Below the pieces are notes generated by a model. The model did no database searches and was not told where the DNA came from. It saw only the letters and a program-made list of their open reading frames with translations. DNA of 64,000 bases from Clostridiaceae bacterium (GTDB lineage: Bacteria; Bacillota; Clostridia; Peptostreptococcales; T1SED10-28), in NCBI GenBank assembly GCA_003554105.1, contig PWFQ01000006.1:3036-67035 (forward strand), written 5' to 3'. Both the position numbers and the translations under genes were made by a program. Shown one piece after another: positions 48,289-57,642 of this stretch (positions are counted from its first letter, which is position 1; each line of letters begins with the position of its first letter).

Positions 48289-49686
48289 ATGAAAGAAGAT
48301 AAAGCACTTTGGAGCGGCCGTTTTAAAAATGCGCCGGAGGAACTGATGAAAAAGTTCGGGGAGTCAATTTCCGTGGATTGGATCTTCTACAAGGAGGACA
48401 TTGAAGGAAACAAAGCCCATGGTAAGATGCTTAATAAAATCGGAATTCTCAGTGACGAAGAACTGGTCAGCATCATAAAGGCCCTTGAAGAAATACAGGG
48501 GGAAATTGAGACGGGAGAATTTCTACCGAAGGAAAGCCTGGAAGATGTTCATATGAATATTGAACACCGACTGATTGAAAAAATCGGGGATCTGGGAGCA
48601 AAAATCCATACAGGCCGATCGAGGAATGACCAGGTACTGACGGACTATCGCCTCTATCTGAAAAAAGAGGTAAAAGAGCTTAAAATGCTTTGGGCTGCAC
48701 TCATGGAAACTCTCTTGAAGCGAGGGGTCAAGGATGTGGATGTGATCATTCCCGGATTCACTCATTTAATGCATGCACAGCCCATCAGTCTCGGCCATTA
48801 TTGGATGGCATACTTCTGGAAGTTCCAAAGAGATCATCAAAGATTGAAAAATGCCTACATGTCAATTGATGCCAATCCTTTAGGAGCCGGTGCATTGGCG
48901 GGATCCACTTTGCCTCTTGATCGCCAGTATACCATGGAGCTTCTGGGATTCGGAAAGAATACGGAAAACAGTCTGGATACTGTATCAGATCGGGATTTTC
49001 TTCTGGATCTGCAGTATGCATTATCAACCTTTATGATTCATTCCAGCGGATTGGCGGAGGATCTGATTCTGTGGAATACCCAGGAGTTCAATTATATCAA
49101 TCTTCCTGACGGGTTCTGCACCGGGTCCAGCATGATGCCCAATAAGAAAAACCCTGATGCTCTTGAACTCACCCGGGGAAAGACAAGCGGTGTTGTCACA
49201 GGACTGTTCAATTTGATGATGAACTTAAAAGGACTGCCCTTAGGTTATAATCGCGATCTTCAGGAAGACAAAAAACCGGTGCTGGAGAATCTTAAAAACG
49301 TTAAAATGGTTCTCAGCGTTTTAGCCCAGGTCATCGAAGGAATTGAGGTCAATAAGGAAACAGTTCGGCTCCATTTGGAAAAAGGATTTCTCCTTGCAAC
49401 GGATGTTGCTGAATATCTTGTGATGAAGGGTGTTCCTTTCCGAAAAACCCACGGAATCGTGGGGGGTCTGGTTCAGTACGGAGAGGAGACCGGTAAGGAT
49501 TTCAAGGATTTTTCCATGAAGGATTTCAAGAGGTTTTCATCAGCATTTGATGAAGACGTGTATGACCTACTCTCCTTCGAAAATGCGGTAAATCGAAGAA
49601 ACACCCTTGGAGGCACTGCAAAAGAACAGGTTCATTACCAGATTAAAGAAGGCTGGAAAATCTTACAACAGGAGAAGAAGGAATAA
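48289..49686 (+). CDS. argH: argininosuccinate lyase
   Basis: 465 aa with TGRSRNDQV and GSSMMPNKKNPD. Confidence 0.95.
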   Translation: MKEDKALWSGRFKNAPEELMKKFGESISVDWIFYKEDIEGNKAHGKMLNKIGILSDEELVSIIKALEEIQGEIETGEFLPKESLEDVHMNIEHRLIEKIGDLGAKIHTGRSRNDQVLTDYRLYLKKEVKELKMLWAALMETLLKRGVKDVDVIIPGFTHLMHAQPISLGHYWMAYFWKFQRDHQRLKNAYMSIDANPLGAGALAGSTLPLDRQYTMELLGFGKNTENSLDTVSDRDFLLDLQYALSTFMIHSSGLAEDLILWNTQEFNYINLPDGFCTGSSMMPNKKNPDALELTRGKTSGVVTGLFNLMMNLKGLPLGYNRDLQEDKKPVLENLKNVKMVLSVLAQVIEGIEVNKETVRLHLEKGFLLATDVAEYLVMKGVPFRKTHGIVGGLVQYGEETGKDFKDFSMKDFKRFSSAFDEDVYDLLSFENAVNRRNTLGGTAKEQVHYQIKEGWKILQQEKKE

Positions 49687-49722
49687 CAATACGTGCAGGT
49701 TAATCATAATTAGCAACGATTC

Positions 49723-49752
49723 ACCCGGACTTTTAGACAGTCCGGGTTTTTC
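49723..49752 (+). terminator. rho-independent terminator after argH
   Basis: ACCCGGACT / AGTCCGGGT 9-bp stem followed by TTTTT. Confidence 0.75.
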
Positions 49753-49820
49753 TGCTTGGGAAAGTCTGATATAATCAAACTCGAAGAGGATTGAATTTTA
49801 ATAAACAAGGAGGAAATACA

Positions 49821-50567
49821 ATGGATCGATTTGAAAAACAGCGGGAACTGATGAAATCGGGATTCACCGGAGATATGGAGTCGGATCAAATGATGGGGAA
49901 GCCCCAGCCACCTTTGGAAAAATCATTTCCGGAAGACTTAAAAATCATTGAGCTGCCGACGGTCAGTGGAGAAGAGGTAAAAAAGCGGGATATATTTCAG
50001 TGTATTATGAATCGGAAGAGTCATAGAACCTTTCTTAAAGAGGAGATCAGCCTGGAGGACCTTTCTTTTCTGCTCTACACAACCCAGGCGGTAAAAGAAA
50101 TCCGGGGTGAAGGGTATGCAACCATTCGTCCTGTGCCCTCTGCCGGTGCAAGACATCCATTTGAAACCTATGTGGGAGTGACAAGGGTGAAGGGTCTTGC
50201 CCCCGGTCTTTATCACTACTCCGGTATCAAGCATCATCTGGTGTTATTAAAGGAGGATCCTGAAATCGGTTCCAAGATGCGTATGGCAGCAAGAGATCAA
50301 AAGTTTGTGGAGACTGCTGCAGCAACTTTTATCTGGACCGTGATCCCCTACCGGGGAGAATGGAGATATGATCTTCGCTCTCATAAGCCCATGCTGTTGG
50401 ATGCAGGACATCTTTGCCATGGTCTTTACTTATCGGTGGAAGCACTAGGTCTCGGGACTTGTGCAATTGCCGCTTATGAGCAGGATGATATGGATCGATT
50501 GTTAGACATTGACGGAAAGGATGAGTTTGTCGTCTACCTTTCACCTGTGGGGGTTATAAAGGAATAG
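49821..50567 (+). CDS. SagB/ThcOx-type nitroreductase-family dehydrogenase
   Basis: ATG 49821 follows AAGGAGG. RKSHRTF and RPVPSAGARHPFETY. Confidence 0.75.
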   Translation: MDRFEKQRELMKSGFTGDMESDQMMGKPQPPLEKSFPEDLKIIELPTVSGEEVKKRDIFQCIMNRKSHRTFLKEEISLEDLSFLLYTTQAVKEIRGEGYATIRPVPSAGARHPFETYVGVTRVKGLAPGLYHYSGIKHHLVLLKEDPEIGSKMRMAARDQKFVETAAATFIWTVIPYRGEWRYDLRSHKPMLLDAGHLCHGLYLSVEALGLGTCAIAAYEQDDMDRLLDIDGKDEFVVYLSPVGVIKE

Positions 50568-50595
50568 AAGTTGAAATGAATTTCATCGCTCCCCC

Positions 50596-50623
50596 TTGAC
50601 AAATTCCACTGATTTGGTAAATT
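50596..50623 (+). promoter_or_regulatory. sigma-A promoter of htpG
   Basis: TTGACA (50596-50601), a 16-nt spacer, then TAAATT. Confidence 0.5.
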
Positions 50624-50627
50624 ATTA

Positions 50628-50654
50628 TTAGCACTCTTATATTAAGAGTGCTAA
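50628..50654 (+). promoter_or_regulatory. CIRCE element (HrcA operator)
   Basis: TTAGCACTC-TTATATTAA-GAGTGCTAA is a perfect match to TTAGCACTC-N9-GAGTGCTAA. Confidence 0.9.
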
Positions 50655-50697
50655 TATTAAGTGTGAAATAATAGATTTTCAGGAAGGAGAGAAGTCA

Positions 50698-52593
50698 ATG
50701 GAAAAAAAAGAATTTAAAGCGGAATCGAAACGATTACTGGATCTTATGATCAACTCAATCTATACCCATAAAGAGATTTTCCTTCGGGAATTGATCTCCA
50801 ATGCCAGTGATGCCATCGACAAGCGCTATTATCAGGCATTAACCCGTGAGGATCTTCAGTTTAAAAAAGAGGATTTTTATATTGAAGTGATCCCGAATAA
50901 AGAGGAAAGAACTCTGAGAGTAGTAGACACAGGGATCGGAATGACCAGTGAGGAATTGGAAGAGAACCTTGGGACTATTGCTAAAAGCGGGTCTCTTACA
51001 TTTAAAAAGGAGAATGAGATAAAGGATGGAATCGACATTATCGGTCAGTTCGGAATTGGTTTTTACTCCGCCTTTATGGTGTCCGAACGGATTATTGTCA
51101 AGAGTCGAGCCCTTGATGAAGCCAAAGGGTTTCGTTGGGAATCAGACGGTTCAGAAGGATATACCATTGAGGAAACGGAAAAAGCCCAAGTAGGTACGGA
51201 AGTGATTCTGAAGCTTCGGGAGAACACCGAAGAGGAGAACTATGACGAGTTTCTGGAAGAATATCAACTGCGGGAAATCATCAAACGCTATTCCGACTTT
51301 ATCCGCTACCCTATAAAAATGGAGGTCACCTCCCACGAAAAAGTGGAGACTGAGGAGGAAGAGAAGAAGCCGGAATATAAAGAGGTAAAGAAGGTGGAAA
51401 CTGTCAACAGTATGGTTCCCATGTGGAGAAAGAATAAAAGTCAGCTGGAGGAAGAAGATTACATCAACTTCTATCAGGAAAAACGCTATGGTTTTGACAA
51501 ACCATTGAAGTACATCCATATGAAGGCTGACGGATCATTACGGTACAGTTCGATTCTATATATCCCGGAGAAAGCGCCTTATGATTTTTACACAAGGGAA
51601 TACGAGAAAGGCCTCGAGCTCTATTCCAGCGGTGTACTCATTATGGAAAAATGTCCGGATTTATTGCCGGATTACTTCAGTTTCGTAAAAGGAATGGTGG
51701 ATTCCGAAGATTTATCTCTCAATATTTCTCGGGAAATGCTTCAGCACGATCGACAGCTTCAGGTGATTGCGAAGAAAATTAAGGAAAAGATAAAAACCGC
51801 ACTGAAATCCATGTTGGAAAGCGATAGGGAAAAATACGAGGCATTTTTCGATAGTTTCGGAAAACAATTGAAATTCGGAGTATATAGTGATTTCGGACAA
51901 CATAAGGAGACCTTGCAGGATCTGTTACTCTTTTATTCATCAAAGAGGGGAAAACTGATCACTCTTAAGGAATATGTTTCTGAAATGCCGGAGGAACAGC
52001 AGGCAATCTATTACGCCTCGGGTGAATCTGTGGGAAAAATTGACAAGATGCCTCAAACGGAGCTATTAAAGGATAAAGGATATGAGATCCTTTATCTCAC
52101 CGATGAAGTGGATGAGTTTGCGATTAAGATGATGATGAAATATGATGATAAGAACTTTAAATCCGTTTCCAGCAGTGACCTTCAGCTGGATGATGAAAAG
52201 GATGAAAAGAGTGAGGAGAAAAAGGAAGGGCAGGAGGAAATCTTACAAAAAATCAAAGAGATTCTTGGAGATCAGGTGAAAGATGTCCGACCTTCCAAAC
52301 GTTTGAAAAACCATGCAGTGTGCCTTGCAGCGGAGGGAGAGCTTTCCATCGAAATGGAAAAAATCCTGAAGTCCATGCCCGACGGAGGAATGGGAGCAAA
52401 ATCCGAGAAGATTCTTGAAATCAACACAGACCATAAGATGTTTAAGTCTCTGGAAAAGGTGTTTAAAACTGATGAAGAGAAGGTTAAAGCCTATGCCAAT
52501 GTGTTCTATAACCAGGCGCTGTTAATGGAAGGAATTTCTCCCGATGATCCGGTGAAATACACGGAGGATGTATTCCGGCTGATTGAGGAGTAA
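50698..52593 (+). CDS. htpG: molecular chaperone HtpG (Hsp90)
   Basis: 631 aa with [11 protein letters not shown] and [13 protein letters not shown]. Confidence 0.95.
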   Translation: MEKKEFKAESKRLLDLMINSIYTHKEIFLRELISNASDAIDKRYYQALTREDLQFKKEDFYIEVIPNKEERTLRVVDTGIGMTSEELEENLGTIAKSGSLTFKKENEIKDGIDIIGQFGIGFYSAFMVSERIIVKSRALDEAKGFRWESDGSEGYTIEETEKAQVGTEVILKLRENTEEENYDEFLEEYQLREIIKRYSDFIRYPIKMEVTSHEKVETEEEEKKPEYKEVKKVETVNSMVPMWRKNKSQLEEEDYINFYQEKRYGFDKPLKYIHMKADGSLRYSSILYIPEKAPYDFYTREYEKGLELYSSGVLIMEKCPDLLPDYFSFVKGMVDSEDLSLNISREMLQHDRQLQVIAKKIKEKIKTALKSMLESDREKYEAFFDSFGKQLKFGVYSDFGQHKETLQDLLLFYSSKRGKLITLKEYVSEMPEEQQAIYYASGESVGKIDKMPQTELLKDKGYEILYLTDEVDEFAIKMMMKYDDKNFKSVSSSDLQLDDEKDEKSEEKKEGQEEILQKIKEILGDQVKDVRPSKRLKNHAVCLAAEGELSIEMEKILKSMPDGGMGAKSEKILEINTDHKMFKSLEKVFKTDEEKVKAYANVFYNQALLMEGISPDDPVKYTEDVFRLIEE

Positions 52594-52597
52594 AAGA

Positions 52598-52625
52598 GAA
52601 AGGCCCCTTACTAAAGGGGCTTTTC
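52598..52625 (+). terminator. rho-independent terminator after htpG
   Basis: GCCCCTT / AAGGGGC stem, ACTA loop, then TTTT. Confidence 0.7.
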
Positions 52626-52686
52626 CCATGGAGAACAGTGATTAGGGGAGCAAATTGGGTAAAAGTGATCTATGGAGGTGGAAGGA

Positions 52687-54024
52687 ATGGAAAAATTCAA
52701 CTCGGCCAATTATGGCGAGGCATATATTGAGGATTTGAAGAAGCTGATAAAAATCCCCAGTGTGATCGGAGATGAAGAGCCCGGCGCACCCTTTGGTAAG
52801 GATATTGACAATGCATTGGATATGATGCTTAAAATTGCAGAGGACCTCGGTTTTAAAATCTATAAGGATCCCGATGGATATTACGGATACAGTGAAGTCG
52901 GGGAAGGGGATGAGCTGATCGGTGTTTTAGGACATCTTGACGTTGTCCCGGCAAAGGATGTTGAACAGTGGGAGACACCTCCGTTTGAACCGGAGGTAAG
53001 GGAGGGAAAGCTGTTTGGACGGGGAACCCAGGATGATAAAGGACCCACATTGGCAGTTATGTATGCTATAAAGCAACTACTAGACGAAGGCCATCGGTTC
53101 GAAAAACGGGTACGCATTATTTACGGAACCGACGAAGAGACTTTGTGGAGAGGAATTGAACAATACATGGACAAGGAAGAGGTTCCTTCAGTGGGATTTA
53201 CGCCTGACTCCGTGTTTCCTATGATTCACGGGGAAAAAGGACTTCTTCAGCTGTATCTTCGAACAAGGGGGCAGAAGAATCATGAAATTGAGGGTGGATC
53301 CAGCTTCAATGCACTTGCGGATCATGTGGAGCTTAAATCAAAGATTCCTCTTGAGCCCTTAGGGGAAAAATTAAAAGACAAAGGGCGACAATTTGAGATC
53401 AAAGACAGTGCTCTCATTATCACAGGGAAAAGTGCTCACTCAGCGAAACCGGAAGGTGGTGCCAATGCCATTAATCAATTGGCTGAAGTCTTGGAAGGGG
53501 AAGGGTTTGAAGACGGACTCATGGATTTTATAAGAAATGAGTTGGGAGTCAGTCAGTATGGAGAGAAGATTTTCGGGAAACTGGATGATGTCTCAGGCCC
53601 CATCACCATCAATGTTGGAAAAATAAAGATCGATCAGGACACGTCAGAAGCCGGGGTGGATATCAGAATACCGGTGACAGTGGGAAAAGAAAAAGTTGAG
53701 GAGGCGTTAAAAAAGGCAATTAAGCCCTATGGACTGGAAATGATGGAACATGACTATCTGGACTCCATTTATCTCCCGAAGGATCATTTTCTCATACAAA
53801 TCCTTGGCGAGATATACCATTCAGTTACAGGGGAAAAAGCAGAGCCTCTGACCTCGGGAGGAGCAACCTATGCCCGTTCAATGCCTAATTGCGTGGCCTT
53901 CGGTGCAGTGTTCCCGGGAAGAAGAAAGACGGAGCATCAGCCTAATGAGCACGTGATTTTGGAGGATATATACCGTGCAATGACTATTTACGGGAAGGCA
54001 GTAAAAAAACTCACAGAGAGGTAG
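52687..54024 (+). CDS. pepV: M20-family dipeptidase (PepV/Sapep-like)
   Basis: ATG 52687 follows GGAGGTGGAAGGA. GVLGHLDVVPA and GRGTQDDKGP. Confidence 0.85.
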   Translation: MEKFNSANYGEAYIEDLKKLIKIPSVIGDEEPGAPFGKDIDNALDMMLKIAEDLGFKIYKDPDGYYGYSEVGEGDELIGVLGHLDVVPAKDVEQWETPPFEPEVREGKLFGRGTQDDKGPTLAVMYAIKQLLDEGHRFEKRVRIIYGTDEETLWRGIEQYMDKEEVPSVGFTPDSVFPMIHGEKGLLQLYLRTRGQKNHEIEGGSSFNALADHVELKSKIPLEPLGEKLKDKGRQFEIKDSALIITGKSAHSAKPEGGANAINQLAEVLEGEGFEDGLMDFIRNELGVSQYGEKIFGKLDDVSGPITINVGKIKIDQDTSEAGVDIRIPVTVGKEKVEEALKKAIKPYGLEMMEHDYLDSIYLPKDHFLIQILGEIYHSVTGEKAEPLTSGGATYARSMPNCVAFGAVFPGRRKTEHQPNEHVILEDIYRAMTIYGKAVKKLTER

Positions 54025-54030
54025 GAAAGT

Positions 54031-54705
54031 ATGCGAAGACGAAAATTAAAGGATGGAGTGGAAAGACTTCTTGCCCACCGGCAGTGGTTGATCGAAGCTC
54101 CTGAGACGTTGAAGGGGAAATGGGCAACCACATCCCTGGATCCACCGGTTCATCTGGAAATCGGTATGGGGAAGGGTAAATTCATCACGACTTTAGCCAA
54201 GGAAAACCCTGATCAATATTTTGTGGGGTTGGAAATGAAAGAGGAAGTTCTTCTCAGGGGAGTGGAGAAGGCAATTGAGTTGGAGCTGCACAACATAAAG
54301 TTTATGTGGAAAAATGCCCAGCATCTGAATGAGTACTTTGATTCAGGGGAGATATTCAGGATTTACTTAAATTTTTCCGATCCCTGGCCAAAAAAAAGAT
54401 GGGCAAAACGTCGTCTCACCCATGAGAATTACTTGAAGATCTATAGGAAAATCCTTGGAGTTGATGGCGAGCTGCACCTTCGAACCGATAATCAGGGTTT
54501 CTTTCAAGACTCCATTAACCGCCTCTCAGGTAAGGGATTTCAGTTAAAGAATGTAGATCTGGACCTTTACCGGAATCGCGATGAGTATACTGATCAGGGA
54601 ATCTTTTATGCAACAACGGAGTATGAAGATAAATTCAAGGAACAGGGATTGCCAATATACCGTTTGGAAGCAAAGCCTTACTCCCCAACTTTCTCTTCTC
54701 TATAA
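54031..54705 (+). CDS. trmB: tRNA (guanine46-N7)-methyltransferase
   Basis: 224 aa with LEIGMGKG and NFSDPWPKKRWAKRRL. Confidence 0.9.
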   Translation: MRRRKLKDGVERLLAHRQWLIEAPETLKGKWATTSLDPPVHLEIGMGKGKFITTLAKENPDQYFVGLEMKEEVLLRGVEKAIELELHNIKFMWKNAQHLNEYFDSGEIFRIYLNFSDPWPKKRWAKRRLTHENYLKIYRKILGVDGELHLRTDNQGFFQDSINRLSGKGFQLKNVDLDLYRNRDEYTDQGIFYATTEYEDKFKEQGLPIYRLEAKPYSPTFSSL

Positions 54706-56036
54706 AGGCTGTAAAAAACCAGCGAGATTGTAAAGGATGCGGCTGCAAAAAGTGATGTTGAATAAACCCCGATTTTTTCAACACCATCGGGAGTGGTGGT
54801 AAGACTCTCGAAAAAGGATAACTCTGATCCGAAAACCAATAATAGAGGAAGCACCGAAATGGACAATAGGAAGGCCATTTTCAAGAAGAGGCCCTGAAGA
54901 CCGAAAAACAGTCCCTCGGTGTTTTTTCCTGTTTTTTCGCTGAAGACGGAGCTGATTTCACTCAGCATGGCCGGTGGGAATATAAAGGCAGCTCCTGCAA
55001 CCGGGATGCCGATTAAAGCAAAAATTCCGAAGCCGAAGACCGCAGGAAAAGCTCTTCCAACACCGAAAAGAGCGAAGGACAATATAATTAACAGAACGAG
55101 AGAAATCTGCATCGGTTTCTTGTAACCAATCACTTTGCATATTCGGTTAATCGGATAAAAGCAAAGAGCGGACACACCGAATAAAAGGGCTGAGGCGATA
55201 GTGATATAGAAGGTGGAGTAGCCCATAATATCTTCCACATAATAATTCACGGAGGCTCTTAATGTATTGAAGCCTAAAAAGAAGAAGAGAAACCCGAACA
55301 AATAGCTGACGAATGCACGATCCTGAAGCACCAGTTTCATCGAGGAGATGAAGGGCTCTTTTGAAAGTTTTCCACCTGAGAGTTTTCTCTCAGGGATGGT
55401 AAAGACTGTGATCCATACCCCCAGGAATGCCAGGATCGAGAGAGAAATGACCATCAGACGAATGCCCATGAGATCATCGCCGCCACCGAGAATTTCGATT
55501 AATGCTCCGGGAAGAATCATGGCAATTGCAGTGTAGATCAACCGAAAAACCGACTGCCAGGTGGAAAGGTTTAATCGATCACTTCTGGTTATTGAGATTT
55601 CAGGAATCAATGCGTTGTATGGACCTCCGACGATGGTATAGAAAATGAAGAACAGGGAACCGATCAGAGAAAGATACATGAACGTGGAAAGATTCCCTTC
55701 ACCGGTTACGGGATAAAAAAAGGCAACGGTACTGAGAGATAAAGGAAGGCTTCCCACAAAGAGAAAAGGAATCCGCCGTCCCCATGGAGAGTCGAATCGG
55801 TCAGAGAGATAACCGATGATCGGCTCGAAAATCACATCCACAAATCTGGCGATCAAAAGAGCGAAGGAAATGAGAATCGGAGGTAACAAAGGGACCAGAC
55901 TTGATGTTGAAGGTGGAAGATAAAAATAGAGAACCCACTGGGCAAAAATCTGGTCAACGATGGCATAACTCACCCCGATTCCATAAAGGACTTGCAGCTT
56001 TAACGATAAATGGGCTTTCGGCTTGATTTTTTCCAT
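54678..56036 (-). CDS. MFS transporter, glycoside-pentoside-hexuronide (GPH) type
   Basis: 452 aa, about 12 TM, with SDRFDSPWGRRIPF (GPH loop 2-3 motif). Confidence 0.8.
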   Translation of the reverse strand: MEKIKPKAHLSLKLQVLYGIGVSYAIVDQIFAQWVLYFYLPPSTSSLVPLLPPILISFALLIARFVDVIFEPIIGYLSDRFDSPWGRRIPFLFVGSLPLSLSTVAFFYPVTGEGNLSTFMYLSLIGSLFFIFYTIVGGPYNALIPEISITRSDRLNLSTWQSVFRLIYTAIAMILPGALIEILGGGDDLMGIRLMVISLSILAFLGVWITVFTIPERKLSGGKLSKEPFISSMKLVLQDRAFVSYLFGFLFFFLGFNTLRASVNYYVEDIMGYSTFYITIASALLFGVSALCFYPINRICKVIGYKKPMQISLVLLIILSFALFGVGRAFPAVFGFGIFALIGIPVAGAAFIFPPAMLSEISSVFSEKTGKNTEGLFFGLQGLFLKMAFLLSISVLPLLLVFGSELSFFESLTTTPDGVEKIGVYSTSLFAAASFTISLVFYSLYREEKVGE

Positions 56037-56106
56037 CGTATGCCTCCTAAATAATTTTATCTGATAATCTGCTCTTTTCAGGTTGTTTCATCATGGACTA
56101 AACCGG

Positions 56107-57465
56107 TTAATCGATGACACTTTTAATCCATTTTTTCGAAAGGACTCTGGGGATCCCCACAAGGGCTTTTACAATTTCCTCGATGGCAATCAAGGCGACC
56201 ACATAGTAAACGGGGAATTGAAAATACAAAGCTCCAAGAAATGCCATTGGAACACCCACGAACCATACGGATCCGATCTCCAGGAAAAGTGAGAAGGTGG
56301 TATCTCCGCCGCCTCTGAGGATACCGATAATCAGGGTGACATTAAACATTTTCGCAAAGATTACAAAGGACAGTACTCTTAGTATGTTTTCAGCATAAAG
56401 GGCCACAGTGTCACTGACATTAAAAAACAGGACCAGATAGGGTGCGCTGAAAAACAGAAATGAACCCATAAGGACTCCGATAAGAGGACTGAGAAGCGAA
56501 AAATTGATTGCATAGGAAAAAGCACGCTCCCGTCTCCCGGCTCCGATTTCATTTCCGATCATCACCGAACTGGCGCTTCCCAGACCGAAGGCAACCACCA
56601 TGAAGAGATTTTGTATAGTATTGGAGATCTGAACGGCTGCGATGGCTTCGGTTCCTAACTGTGCGTAAGCATAGGTATAGAGGGTAACACCAAGGGACCA
56701 GAACACCTCATTTAAAATGACAGGAGTTGCAGTTTTGAAAAAACGTCTGAGAAAAAGCTTATCCAGACTTCTGAAATCCTTGAGGCGTGTGGAAAGCTCC
56801 AAGCGATTCCAATAGATCACTCCAACCAATATAAACATTTCAATTATTCTTGCGATGAGTGTAGCGATGGCCGCTCCCTGGATTCCCAGCTCGGGAAAGC
56901 CGAAGGAACCGAAAATCAGAAGATAATTCAAAAGGGTATTGAGCCCCAGGGAAAAGACGCTCACTTTCATGGGGAGAGCGGCTTTACCAATACTTCGGCT
57001 TGCAAAGGCAAAGGAGAAGCTCACCGCGGTGGACAAATAACTCATTGAGAGTATACGAAGATAAGAGGCTCCTAAGGAAACCACTTCAGGATCCTCAATA
57101 AAAATCAGCATGATATTTTCGGGCAAAAGAAAAGCAAAAATTGAAAAAAGGATGCTGATTCCTCCACCCAACATAAGAGTGAGACTGAGTGTTTTGCGAA
57201 TACTTAGGACATCACCCCGTCCCCAATACTGGGCGACAAAAATCGCCCCTCCGCTATTGACACCGAAGAGAAACAGCATTAACAAAAAGAAAAACTGATT
57301 TCCTATGCCTACCGCCGCCAAAGGAGCATCTCCCAAGCTTCCGATCATTAAAACATCCACCATGTTCAAAGAGGATGAAATTAAGTTTTGGATCGTTAGG
57401 GGCAGAGCAATGGAAATTAAGCTTTTAAAAAAGGTTTTGTCGAAACGCTTCTGCAGTTGATTCAA
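56107..57465 (-). CDS. MATE family efflux transporter
   Basis: 452 aa, 12 TM. N-terminus SLISIALPLTIQNLISSSLNMVDVLMIG is typical of MATE. Confidence 0.85.
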   Translation of the reverse strand: MNQLQKRFDKTFFKSLISIALPLTIQNLISSSLNMVDVLMIGSLGDAPLAAVGIGNQFFFLLMLFLFGVNSGGAIFVAQYWGRGDVLSIRKTLSLTLMLGGGISILFSIFAFLLPENIMLIFIEDPEVVSLGASYLRILSMSYLSTAVSFSFAFASRSIGKAALPMKVSVFSLGLNTLLNYLLIFGSFGFPELGIQGAAIATLIARIIEMFILVGVIYWNRLELSTRLKDFRSLDKLFLRRFFKTATPVILNEVFWSLGVTLYTYAYAQLGTEAIAAVQISNTIQNLFMVVAFGLGSASSVMIGNEIGAGRRERAFSYAINFSLLSPLIGVLMGSFLFFSAPYLVLFFNVSDTVALYAENILRVLSFVIFAKMFNVTLIIGILRGGGDTTFSLFLEIGSVWFVGVPMAFLGALYFQFPVYYVVALIAIEEIVKALVGIPRVLSKKWIKSVID

Positions 57466-57642
57466 TAGGCTCTTCCTCTCTCTAATGTCATTCCCGTTTA
57501 TTATATCCCATTCAATGAGAAAAAGGTAGGCGGAGAAAAATAATTAGTATTTCGAAATAATTGGTTGAAATTGTGTATCAGTGCGGGTATGATAGAGTTG
57601 ACGGAAAATTGAAAGAAATAATCATTATGAAGGAGGAATACT

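Noticed and set aside
49821-50567. The SagB-type dehydrogenase as a marker of a thiazole/oxazole RiPP (TOMM) cluster.
   Set aside because: There is no YcaO cyclodehydratase, no precursor-like Cys/Ser/Thr-rich small ORF and no transporter nearby. The gene is flanked by the argH terminator and the htpG promoter, so it is most likely a stand-alone nitroreductase-family enzyme.
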